Source: Azolla caroliniana
Lineage: Eukaryota > Plantae > Polypodiophyta
Length of the DNA stretch: 64,000 bases
Reading direction: 5' to 3'
Assembly: GCA_043228905.1 (NCBI GenBank)
Contig: JBHGNT010000001.1
Location: 11,780,001 to 11,844,000 of the forward strand
Notes under the pieces: generated by a model
What the model was told of the DNA's origin: nothing
Seen by the model: only the letters and a program-made list of their open reading frames with translations
Databases searched by the model: none
In this document: in pieces, positions 33,701-44,481 of the stretch
Position numbering within the stretch: position 1 is the first letter of the stretch
Layout: every line of letters starts with the position of its first letter
Program-made: the position numbers and the translations under genes

Positions 33701-36585
33701 TTCGTGGACAAGGCCATTGATACTCTCTCTCTCTCTCTACAACACTGTGGCGCTAACAAAACTATCCATATAATCTTAATCTAAACCACTGTCTCAGCTC
33801 TGATACCATGTTAGAAATGTTGAGAATCGACTAGATAGGCATATAGAGTTACACTCACAGAGATGTATATATGTGGCAATACGACTTATATACATATGAA
33901 AGTAGCTTACAATGGTAGTCCTCCTGTGCACTCACACCTAAGAGCTTAGATGGGACCTGGACTAGCAGGCCACAAAGTTAGTTGACGCAAATAATAATCA
34001 CATCAGTTGTGTAAGATAAAAGAGGGTGGATATTTATATTTTGTTTTTGGTCTTATTCTTCACATTAAATGGGAAAGTCAATTGATAGTAGTGGAGGTAT
34101 TCTTTTTCTGACAGCTGGCTTGTCATTTAATACAAGCTCATGCTAGATAGTGCTTAGCTTAAAGTCAATGGCACATACTTCAAGACTAAGTACATATTAG
34201 CCAACCATGGAGAATATTCTTCTAGTCGAACTGACTAGTCAATCCCATAACCCTGCTTCCCGCTTTCCTAAATACATTCTGTCCTACTCATCTCAGTTTC
34301 CCACATCGACAACTCATCGACTCATATGGTCAGGTTGCACAATAGATACTACACATTTGGGTGCTATCACAGAATGTGCACTCTAGGAATACATGTAGGG
34401 ATAAACTGAGAACTTGGGTATGATCAATGGCTATATCTAACATTGAGCATGCGAGAGGTGATATTCATCATCCACTAGGTTTCATTCCATAGGTTGCATA
34501 TCTTCATACTTGAGTGATGATGCCATGATGTTACCCGTCAACACCTAACTTGCATGAGCATGTTTGAAGTAGTGTTACGGATCTCCACGAGCCAAGGCTC
34601 ATGGGGGCAGTAAGATGTGATTGGATAGATTCTAGCAGCTAAATGGATTCATTCACTGCGTGTAAGTTCAATGAACTTCCGTTATTGCTCCACTTAATAT
34701 TAACCTACCTCCCAGGAAACCACATCCCTTCCACCTGAAGAGAATTCTGAAAGACTGTTGAATGAAGAACTAAAAAGGTTGAATTCATTCCAGGCAAATC
34801 AATCGTAGATGTCAAACAAACAGGACCGCTAAATAGCATTTAATATGTTTCATGACTGTATTGTAATGTCCTTTCGGACGAAACTGGCCTTCCATACTTT
34901 CCATGGGCAATAAATACACAAAGTTATACCAATTTGAAAATTTTCCGACCAGCAAGCCAAAACAAATCATATAGACAACCTCCTCTACATAGACATCATA
35001 ACCCAACTCCAATGGGCTTGATCTAGCAACCACATTACAGACAACCTCTTGTCTGGAACAAAGGTTCAGAAGAATAGTGGGCATGGTCCCCGTTGCAGGA
35101 GTGATTGAATCTGGGCGTGCCTGTTCTCTTGGTGATTGAGCAAAGTTCAGACAACTGCCAACTACAATAGGTCCAGGATCACCTCACCCAGTCCAACCAT
35201 GGTTGGAGATATCGACACAAGCAATAAATCTTGGACCCCATGGAATGTGGAACTCTTTTGTCAGCTAAAAGCACAGATGTCTACATGGCTTGCCTCACAA
35301 ACTGCCATTGGAAGGCCAGGAAAAGTCGGCAATCAAGTAAGATAAACTCAATTTGTCATCATTAAAATTATTCCTCTGATTTTGCTTCTTTTGCTTGGAA
35401 CAACTAGAGATACTTAGGATCTTTTTTCCTGGTTCTCATTTCATTACACACCTTAATGCTACTCTTAGCATTTGTACATTAAGACTCCACGAAGGATGTA
35501 AAGCTTGGGCAGTTTTATTCATAACTAATGGAATGACATTGTCTTATCCCATGTAAATAGGCTAAGTTATCTATACATGTAAATGCCATTATGAAAAAAT
35601 TCTTTCTCTTAGCAACAAAACCTTTCCGAGACACAATTTACAAGCGAGTTATTTCTCAGAATTTTATCCCTGCAGAGGATAAAACATGGGCAGTTCTATT
35701 CATAACAAATGGAAGGGTCTTTTCTTATCCCATGCAAATAGGCTAATTCATCTATCTACGTTGACATTCCATAACGAAAAAAACCTTTCTCTTAGCTGCA
35801 GAGCCTTTACATAACTAATTTCTGAATGTCATTTTTCTAGGAATATTATCCCCTAAAAATACCAGATATACATATGTTCCAAGAATATGAATCCCTTCAA
35901 AAAACACTTGATACGGAAAAAGATATCACGTCCAAAACTGGCTGTGCTACTCGACACCTCCTTAGGTGATTTGGGAGGGGTACATGTTCAAACTGCACAA
36001 TCCCTAGGCTTTTGACCTTCGGTAGCTTTAGGTTCATGACACATTTTCTTTCCAACTAATTGGTATATTAGCTTCAAAGCAGGAGAAAGAAAGTATTAAC
36101 TGCACCAAAACATAATGGCATGCATGGAGAACTATAACCATTACATGCGCATTCAGTAATGTGGAACTAAAATTTTCAGACGGCCTTAAAATTAAATGCT
36201 TTATGGCATGCATGGGAGATGTATAATGAGCATGTATGTATTAAGAGATGTGCAATTGGAATCTTAACCGAAGTTTTCTTCGAGCATTGGCAGACACATA
36301 ACAATGAGACAAGCAAAATCGTGATGGTAAAAAGAAGAGCTAAATGAACATGCTTTACATCACATCCTGTCCTATCCCATTGACATGTAACATTCCACGT
36401 ACCGTATTGCATACTGCACAATGCATATCTAGGTCGCATATCACATCTTAATATACCTTAATATACATGGTTTCGGCGGCACGTTCTTCATCGGTGAGGA
36501 CTTTCCCGTCACTGCTGAGAAATCTCGTCGAGAAAGAAGGGGCACGTATGGAATCCCATCGCTTCACAAAACCTCGCAACGCCAT
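30784..36585 (-). CDS. At2g27730-like small mitochondrial protein (plant complex I P2-like; N-terminus resembles the IF1 family), 117 aa, 3 exons
   Basis: Exons 36585-36457 (MALRGFVKRWDSIRAPSFSTRFLSSDGKVLTDEERAAETMYIK), 31084-31049 (KMEKEKLEKAKK) and 30972-30784 (GAKHEEP...SKNFAVLAGVTALVAGGWLWIQPGSTIEEKKKIP*); all GT-AG, phase 0. It has an Arg-rich presequence, the family motif GKVL(S/T)(E/D)EERAAExxxIKKMExEKL, and a C-terminal hydrophobic helix like NYAVVAGVVAIVGSIGWYL. Confidence 0.88.
31777..33936 (-). mobile_element. Degenerate, internally truncated Ty1/Copia element with very short (~130 bp) LTRs, inside intron 1 of the P2-like gene
   Basis: Diverged LTR copies at 31777-31907 and 33809-33936. 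tRNA-iMet PBS at 33797-33808. Gag knuckle CFYCDNKGHTIKDC, protease WILDIGASRHM, and integrase remnant TAYTPEQNGI abutting the 3' LTR. RT/RNase H and PPT are absent; no matching TSD. Confidence 0.85.
34830..35340 (+). mobile_element. Decayed fragment of an L1 ORF2 (post-RT region)
   Basis: Remnant peptides PFGRNWP and RQPLVWN match PKYGRPWP and RQPLFWN in ORF2 of the intact LINE in this window. Boundaries are approximate. Confidence 0.45.
35500..35855. repeat. Diverged tandem duplication, ~180-bp unit, 2 copies
   Basis: TGGGCAGTT.TATTCATAAC...CTTATCCCATG.AAATAGGCTAA...CTTTCTCTTAGC...TTATCCC recurs at ~180-bp spacing. Confidence 0.75.
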
Positions 36586-37854
36586 GGCTACCTCTGACAG
36601 CAGCACAGAAGGAAGAAGAAGAAGAAGGTCGACACGAACTGAACCGAAGAAAGAGCGCTACTGCCAAAGGTTCTAGTGGACAGAGAATATTTATTGCTGG
36701 TTTCACATTGCAGTATGTCCGTGTTTTGGCCGGACACATTTCCCATGTTGATGTGTCGCAATCTCGTTGGTCTCCGGTCTCCGTGGCGCACACTGGGTGG
36801 TTGTCAAGTTAAGTTATCCACCCCGATGTGGCGTAAACTTTATTGTATGGTGGTGATTCCCAGAAGTCCCCATACTACAAAACTCGATCCAATTGGCTCT
36901 GCGAAGTAAGGTTGGGTGGTTCGTAAGAATCCCCATGCTATATTGTGGTGCAAACTTGTTGACCATAGGAGGAAGCAAGCTTCAGTAGTTGTTGAAATCC
37001 CAAGTGTTTGTATGGCACGGTGTCGTAATGTGGCGTGCTTGAGAGTGGGAAAAATCGGCGAAAGGGGGGTCAAAATGTGCATGTGCAATGAGTGTGCACA
37101 TAAAGGTGATTAATTGTGCATATGCAAAGCAAAAAGGAAAAGAAAGGGTGGAAAAGAGGTATAGAAGCTCATGCAAAAAGTAAGAGAGAGGAGAGATAAA
37201 AGGCAGAGGGGAGACAGGCTATGAATTTATAGAGATAGAATTAATATAAGAGAGAGTTAGTAGGATAGTGGATAGTCACATTGACTACTAGCTAAAGGTG
37301 CACGGTTCAAATCTAATCTTACAGTGTAGCATGATTTAAGGAATTTTATTCCTTTTTCATTAAAGACAAAATTGGCGACCCCCCTTCCCCTTTTTCCTAT
37401 AAAAGGAGGTCGAGGGGGGCTCATTCGGGAGGACGTTTTAGGGAGGAGGAGACTATCGCCAATTTTCCTTCGAAGCTCTTTATCTCATACCCCTTTATCC
37501 CCCCATTGCCACGTGCTTGTGTTCTTCGCATCGGCACTTGAAGTGCTCGTGAGCCCAAGCTTTGTTGGTTTGACGTTGCTCCGCCCCGTTCGTCGTTGGG
37601 AGCCATTCGGGTGGTCGTGGTTCGTTGGGATTGGCATTTTGGTGGTGCTCGTGTGTTCATCTTCGCCGTGTTCAGATTTGCTTTTGTCTCTAAGGGCATT
37701 TAATATTTATGTTTTGATTGAGCTTGTGGTTAACTATAAGTTGCCATTGTAAACAAAACCTTATTTTATAAAAGGTCCTCGTGCGTTGGAATCGAACACA
37801 TATTTATCTCTTTGGTCGATATCATTCGTGTTTCTTTCTCTCCTTCTTTCTTTA

Positions 37855-38275
37855 TTCGTGTCTTCCTTGTACGTTTGGCCGTCTTGTGACGAGGGAGCGT
37901 TTCGGGCGTGCCCATGCACCTCTCCTCCTCATAAAGACGTACGAGCATTTGTGCGTGTGTTTGTGTTTTTCGTGTACGTTCGGCCGTCTTGTGACGGGGG
38001 ACCATTTCGGGCTCGCCCATGCACCTCTCCTCCTCATAAAGGTGTACGAGCATTTTGTGCGTGTGTTTGTGTCTTCCTTGTACGTTCGGTCGTCTCGTGA
38101 CGAGGGGGCGTTTCGGGCGTGCCCATGCACCTCTCCTCCTCATAAAGGCGTACGAGCATTTGTGCATGTGTTTTGTGTCTTCCTCGTACGTTCGATGTCT
38201 TGTGACAAGGGGGCGTTTTGGGTGTGCCCATGCACCTCTCCTCCTCATAAAGACGTACGGACATTCGTGTTTGTG
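37855..38275. repeat. Tandem array of ~105-bp units (4 copies) in the 5' LTR of element A
   Basis: CCCATGCACCTCTCCTCCTCATAAAG recurs at 37911, 38016, 38122 and 38227. Confidence 0.95.
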
Positions 38276-39414
38276 TTATCGTCCCCTTGTGCGTTCATGT
38301 TGCGTGCTCATCTTGCTTATACCCGTTTGGTCACTTGGCTCGCGCGGTGATCTCGGAAGGTCGACGAGTTGTGATCAATGAGAGCCACCGACCTCACAAA
38401 ACAAAGGGCAACGAGACCCTGCTCGGGAAGGGGTCAAGAAGTAGTATTGTTGTAAAGCAAACCTCAGGTCTTCTTTATCCCTTGAGTACTCCCTAGTCCA
38501 AGATCCCCGTGGTCTCGCCCAAGTAACACACGTGCGTGAAACTTCGCGACATGAATTGGTGAACCCGACGTGAAAGGGCGGGAAGGGAGAACCAAGATGC
38601 GAGGAGGAGAACTCGTTGAAGTGATGGCGGCTGCGGTGGACCGCTTGGTAAATGCCCAAGAAGGCATCACCGGCCTAGACCGGGCCATAGAGACGGTGGT
38701 CAGCACAATGGGTCGGTTCAATGGAAGAGATATCTGTTGGGATTTCGGTCCCTCCGGATGGGATGTCCGGAGATGAATGACGGCAAGCCCGGTTGCGATT
38801 ACGGAACTGGATGATGAAGAGTACCCGGCATGAAGCCGGATGAAGAGCAACCGGTTACGGATACGGATGATGAAGACCCCGGCTACGGAGCCGGATGACG
38901 AATGTACCCGGAGAGAGATCCGGATGCGGGGACATATTTGCGAATATGTTTGCCAAGGGCCCTTGAGGCTATATTTGTAAATAGCCCGAAAGTCATATGT
39001 GTATAAATATGACTTAGGGCAAACAGTTTAGTTGTTGTTGCTCATTTTTCTATTTTCCACTTAGAGGGAGCGAAGTGAGAGCAGCCGAGAGAGAGAGAGT
39101 GAGAGAGAGAGAGAGAAAGGAAGAGGTCGACGCCTCTGTGTAATACCGCCGCCTGTGGCGAGGACAGCGAGCTCAAGGTCGTCGCCTTGCAGCTCGCCAT
39201 TGTACATTCCCTACGCATAGTGATAGTTGGAGTTCGAGGACTCCCGTGGTTTTTCCCATTTAGGGTTTTCCATGTAAAACATCCTGTGTACTTTTCTCTC
39301 TATTGTCTTCGTGCATTTTGTGTATTTCCTGTTTTCTGTGAGTTGATCCTATTCCTCGGTTGTGGCCGAGCATTTTGTCTAACAAGTGGTATCAGAGCGA
39401 CGGTAACACAGAAA

Positions 39415-42400
39415 ATGGAAGGCGGCGGTAGTGGGCCTCCGGGCATGATGGTGTTGAACTCACAGAACTACGCCGACTGGAAGATAAAGATGGAAGACCT
39501 TCTCATCGTCCGAGACCTGTACGAACCGATCGACAATGCCGGGATACCCAAGGGAGTAATAGAGTCGGAGTGGAAGCTCCTGAACCGGAAAGCCGTAGCG
39601 ACGATCCGGCAATATGTCGATGTAAGTGTCCTGCAACATGTGGCGAACGATACGAACGCCTATGAGATGTGGCAGAAGCTGTCCGGACTGTATGAGAGGA
39701 AGAATGCCCTGACCCGGACCTCCCTGATGAGGAAGATAGTGAATCTTAAGTACCGGGACGGCGAGAGCATGGTCGAACACGTCAGCACGTTCATGGGATT
39801 CGTGAACCAGCTTGCGGCGATCAAGTTCCCGTTGGATGACGCGATGCAAGCCATCATGCTGATGTGTACCCTCCCGGAGAGCTGGGATAACTTGGTAGTT
39901 ACACTCAGCACCTCCTGTAAGGAAGAGAACTTGTCTTTACTAACGGTAAAGACAAGTATTCTAAATGAAGAAGCGCGTCGGAGAGATAAAGAACCGGCCT
40001 CCGACTCGAAGGCGCTGCTTACCGAATCGGAACGGGGAAGACAACGGAACCGGAGTCCGCAAAGACGGGAGAAGTCGGGGACACGGTCGCAGTCGAGGGG
40101 GAGACCTACATGCTTCTACTGTGGGAAGCCGGGGCACTTCCAGAAGAACTGTCGGCATTTCCGGAAAGACAACGGAACCGACGGTACCAATTCGAAGAAG
40201 TCACCGGAGCGAAACGGTGCATACCGGGGAGCCGCGGACCGGAGAGGTCCAGATCGGCGAGGGCAGGACCGGAAAGGAACGACGGCACTCGCGGCAAGTG
40301 AAGAAGAGATAATGCTCATTACCGAAGAGAGGGAGCTGAACCTTGCCGGTGAAGAGATGACCTGGGTGGTCGATTCCGGAGCGTCGTTCCACCTGACCCC
40401 GGAGAAGAAATACTTCTCATCCTACATAGCCGGTGAGCACGGCTGTGTCCGGATGGGAAATGAAGGTACATGCCGGATTGCCGGCATAGGAGACGTGTGG
40501 CTGATGACATCAACCGGATGCAAGATGCTGCTGAAGGATGTTCGACACGTTCCGGAGGTTCGATTGAACCTGATTTCGGCCGGGAGGCTAGACGATGAAG
40601 GCTACACGGGTAGCATCCGGAACGGTGTCATGAAGTTCAGCAAAGGGAGCCTGATAGTGGCTCGGGCCCGGAAGGTCAACACACTGTACCTGATGAATTC
40701 CCGGCTATGTCCGGAGGAGCTGAACGTGGCAGCTGACACTACCGGTGAGCTGTGGCACAAGAGACTGTGCCACATGAGCGAGAAGGGGATGAAGAGGCTT
40801 GCCGAAGACAACCTGATACCGGTAAAGCACGTACAACTGGGGAAGTGTACCGACTGTCTGGCCGGTAAGCAAAACCGGACCGCCTTCCGCTCAAGACCAC
40901 CGATGAGACGTAGTGTACCATTGGAGTTGGTACACACTGATGTGTGTCAGGTAGAAACGAAGTCACATGGCGGAGCCCAGTACTTCGTAACATTCATAGA
41001 TGACCATAGCCGGAAGCTGTGGATGGCACCGTTGAAGACAAAGGACCAAGTATTGTCCGTCTTCAAAGAACTCCACGCGAGAGTGGAAAGAGAATCCGGC
41101 AAGAAGCTGAAAGCACTACGAGCGGATAACGGAGGAGAATACCGAGGGCAATTCGAGGAGTATTGCCGTTCGATGGGAATCCGACTCGAGTTTACTGTGC
41201 CGAAGACGCCGGAACTGAACGGGCTGGCCGAGAGGATGAACCGGACCATAATGGAGAGGGTCCGGAGTATGCTGGCGCATGCGAAATTACCCAAGGGGTT
41301 CTGGGCTGAGGCAATGTCGACGGCGACATACGTGATAAACAGATCACCCTCAGTACCTTTGAACGGAGACACGCCGCAGAGAGTGTGGACCGGTAGGGAA
41401 GTATCCTACCGGCATCTGAAGGTGTTCGGGTGTCTCGCATATGTGCATGTGGCAAAGGACCGGAGAGGAAAGCTAGATCCAAAGACCCGGCCATGCATAT
41501 TCCTCGGTTACGGCGATGACGAGTTCGGCTACCGAGTATGGGACCCGGTCGACAAAAGGATATTCCGGAGTTGTGATATCATCTTCATGGAGGACAAGAC
41601 ACTCGCTGACTGGGAGTCGGAGAAGAAGATGAAGAGCTCCAAGTCGACCGGTGAGGATCAACTCTACGAGGAGCAGTCCCGACCGGCAAGGGACCGGTTA
41701 GCACTCGAGGATCCGGCCGAAGACGGTGAAGAAACAGAACCGGCCGAGGAAGATGATACTGATACCGGAACCGGCCCCGATCCCGAAATGGATTCGGATG
41801 AAGAGGAAACGGAGGAGCCGGTTACCGAAGCTCCGGAACGGAGATATCCTCTAAGAGAGAGAAGGGCCCCCCGGAGATTTCCGGAACCAGAGCACGTGCT
41901 GCTAACCGACGAGGGGGAGCCGGAGAGCTTTGAAGAAGCAAAGCTTGACACACATAGCCGTAGGTGGTTAAGTGCCATGCAGGAGGAGATGGATTCCCTG
42001 CATGAGAACCACACATATGAACTTGTGGAGTTGCCGAAAGGAAAGCGGGCACTTCGAAACAAGTGGGTGTTCAAGCTGAAACCGGGAGATGCCGGAAACC
42101 CCCCGAGATACAAAGCCAGGATCGTGGTGAAGGGGTTCCAGCAGAAGAAGGGCGTCGACTTCGACGAGATATTTGCCCCGGTAGTGAAGATGACCTCCAT
42201 CCGGACGGTGCTGAGCATAGCGGCAAGCATGGATCTCGAGGTAGAACAGATGGACGTGAAGACGACATTCCTTCACGGTGACCTCGAAGAAGAGATCTAC
42301 ATGCAGCAACCAGAAGGATTCGAGAAGAAAGGGAAGGAGCACCTGGTGTGCCGGTTGAAGAAGAGCCTTTACGGACTGAAGCAGGCTCCCCGGCAATGGT

Positions 42401-43488
42401 ACCGGAAGTTCGACTCCTTCATGACCGACGAAGGGTACCACAAAACGCAGTCCGATCACTGCGTGTTTGTGAAGAAGTTCGAAGGAGGAGACTTTCTAAT
42501 ACTCCTCCTGTACGTGGACGACATGTTGATCGTCGGACGGGACCAGGCCAAGATACGGAGTCTGAAGAAAGCGCTTCACCGAACTTTCTCAATGAAGGAC
42601 CTGGGTCCGGCAAGGCAAATACTAGGGATGCACATCATCCGGGACCGGAAGAAGAAGCAGTTGTGGCTGTCACAGGAGAAGTACGTGACAAAGGTGCTTC
42701 ACCGGTTCAACATGTCGGAAGCAAAACCGGTCGGGTCGACCCTCCCGGCAAACTGCAAGTTATCCGGCAAGCAAAGTCCCAAGACAAAAGTTGAAAAGGA
42801 GGATATGATGAAGATACCATATGCCTCTGCCGTCGGGAGCTTGATGTACGCAATGGTGTGTACCCGACCGGACATTGGATACGCAGTCGGAGTGGTGAGT
42901 CGGTATATGAGTAATCCTGGCAAGCAGCACTGGAACGCGGTCAAATGGATACTCCGATACTTAAAGGGCACTTCGAACATGTGCCTCCGATTCGGCTCCG
43001 GTAAGCCCGAACTCGATGGATTTACCGATTCGGACATGTCGGCTGATGCGGATACCAGCCGGTCTACATCAGGGTATGTAATGACATATGCAGGGGGAGC
43101 CGTTTCGTGGCAGTCGAGGTTGCAGAAGACGGTTGCGTTGTCAACCACGGAGGCGGAGTACATGGCGGCTGTTGAAGCCGGCAAGGAAATAATATGGATG
43201 AAGGACTTCATTAGAGAGCTCGGTATCCGGCAGGAGGAGTACCGGCTCTACTGCGATAGTCAGAGTGCCATCCACCTTGCGAAGAACGCGGCCTACCATT
43301 CCCGGACGAAACACATCCAGCGTAGATACCACTGGATCCGGGAAAGGATAGAAGACAAGGAGTTCGTGCTGACGAAGATCCACACGGAGGAGAACGGGTC
43401 GGATATGCTGACCAAGGTGCTCACATCCGACAAGCTGGAAGCATGCCGGAAGAGGATCGGATTGGAGAGACATCCCATGCCGAAGTGA
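39415..43488 (+). CDS. Copia C Gag-Pol polyprotein (1357 aa; gag-PR-INT-RT-RNase H)
   Basis: Uninterrupted ORF from the first ATG after the PBS. Motifs CFYCGKPGHFQKNC, WVVDSGAS, WHKRLCH...CTDC, VHTD/FIDD/ADNGGEY, LKKSLYGLKQAPR, YVDD, TDSD...STTEAEY. Confidence 0.97.
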   Translation: MEGGGSGPPGMMVLNSQNYADWKIKMEDLLIVRDLYEPIDNAGIPKGVIESEWKLLNRKAVATIRQYVDVSVLQHVANDTNAYEMWQKLSGLYERKNALTRTSLMRKIVNLKYRDGESMVEHVSTFMGFVNQLAAIKFPLDDAMQAIMLMCTLPESWDNLVVTLSTSCKEENLSLLTVKTSILNEEARRRDKEPASDSKALLTESERGRQRNRSPQRREKSGTRSQSRGRPTCFYCGKPGHFQKNCRHFRKDNGTDGTNSKKSPERNGAYRGAADRRGPDRRGQDRKGTTALAASEEEIMLITEERELNLAGEEMTWVVDSGASFHLTPEKKYFSSYIAGEHGCVRMGNEGTCRIAGIGDVWLMTSTGCKMLLKDVRHVPEVRLNLISAGRLDDEGYTGSIRNGVMKFSKGSLIVARARKVNTLYLMNSRLCPEELNVAADTTGELWHKRLCHMSEKGMKRLAEDNLIPVKHVQLGKCTDCLAGKQNRTAFRSRPPMRRSVPLELVHTDVCQVETKSHGGAQYFVTFIDDHSRKLWMAPLKTKDQVLSVFKELHARVERESGKKLKALRADNGGEYRGQFEEYCRSMGIRLEFTVPKTPELNGLAERMNRTIMERVRSMLAHAKLPKGFWAEAMSTATYVINRSPSVPLNGDTPQRVWTGREVSYRHLKVFGCLAYVHVAKDRRGKLDPKTRPCIFLGYGDDEFGYRVWDPVDKRIFRSCDIIFMEDKTLADWESEKKMKSSKSTGEDQLYEEQSRPARDRLALEDPAEDGEETEPAEEDDTDTGTGPDPEMDSDEEETEEPVTEAPERRYPLRERRAPRRFPEPEHVLLTDEGEPESFEEAKLDTHSRRWLSAMQEEMDSLHENHTYELVELPKGKRALRNKWVFKLKPGDAGNPPRYKARIVVKGFQQKKGVDFDEIFAPVVKMTSIRTVLSIAASMDLEVEQMDVKTTFLHGDLEEEIYMQQPEGFEKKGKEHLVCRLKKSLYGLKQAPRQWYRKFDSFMTDEGYHKTQSDHCVFVKKFEGGDFLILLLYVDDMLIVGRDQAKIRSLKKALHRTFSMKDLGPARQILGMHIIRDRKKKQLWLSQEKYVTKVLHRFNMSEAKPVGSTLPANCKLSGKQSPKTKVEKEDMMKIPYASAVGSLMYAMVCTRPDIGYAVGVVSRYMSNPGKQHWNAVKWILRYLKGTSNMCLRFGSGKPELDGFTDSDMSADADTSRSTSGYVMTYAGGAVSWQSRLQKTVALSTTEAEYMAAVEAGKEIIWMKDFIRELGIRQEEYRLYCDSQSAIHLAKNAAYHSRTKHIQRRYHWIRERIEDKEFVLTKIHTEENGSDMLTKVLTSDKLEACRKRIGLERHPMPK

Positions 43489-44481
43489 AGGGGGAGTTTG
43501 TTGGGATTTCGGTCCCTCCGGATGGGATGTCCGGAGATGAATGACGGCAAGCCCGGTTGCGGTTACGGAACCGGATGATGAAGAGTACCCGGCATGAAGC
43601 CGGATGAAGAGCAACTGGTTACAGATACGGATGATGAAGACCCCGGCTACGGAGCCGGATGCTAAAGACCCCGGCTACGGAGCCGGATGACGAATGTACC
43701 CGGAGAGAGATCCGGATGCGGGGACATATTTGCGAATATGTTTGCCAAGGGCCCTTGAGGCTATATTTGTAAATAGCCCGAAAGTCATATGTGTATAAAT
43801 ATGACTTAGGGCAAACAGTTTAGTTGTTGTTGCTCATTTTTCTATTTTCCACTTAGAGGGAGCGAAGTGAGAGCAGCTGAGAGAGAGAGAGTGAGAGAGA
43901 GAGAGAGAAAGGAAGAGGTCGACGCCTCTGTGTAATACCGCCGCCTGTGGCGAGGACAGCGAGCTCAAGGTCGTCGCCTTGCAGCTCGCCATTGTACATT
44001 CCCTACGCATAGTGATAGTTGGAGTTCGAGGACTCCCGTGGTTTTTCCCATTTAGGGTTTTCCACGTTGTCGGGGTTGCTACGCCCTTGCGTGTAGAAAG
44101 GAGGAGGGACCACGGGGGTCTTGAACCGAAGAGCAAGAGAGAGAGGAGTAAGAGAGAGAAGCTCCGAAATCGGTTCGGCAGCACTTCGTCCTCTCCGCGG
44201 GAGATACCCCACTTCTATTCTTCCTCTTCCTTTTATAGCCCGTCAAGAGGCCGTTTGGCATTAACTGCATACCAACCGAATCTACCCACCTAGGATCCTC
44301 GTATGTACCTACTTCGTCCTTAGGTACTTCTTGGCGCGCGTGTGTGTGTAGAGCCGTTTCCCACGCCTTGTTCCTCCGATTCCTCTTGTGGGCGGTTTTC
44401 TTCACGACATCCGCCCCCACCTAACCGCGCATCCACCGGCATGCGCCAAATTAAGTTGGCACGGAGAAAACCGGCCCGCCT

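Noticed and set aside
36457-36585. Calling the small mitochondrial gene the F1Fo-ATPase inhibitor IF1
   Set aside because: The N-terminal motif is shared, but exon 3 encodes the NFAVLAGV...GW hydrophobic segment typical of the At2g27730/P2 type.
39187-39414. N-terminal 76 aa of the 1433-aa ORF in the track
   Set aside because: It starts at a TTG inside the LTR and crosses the PBS; the real Gag start is the ATG at 39415.
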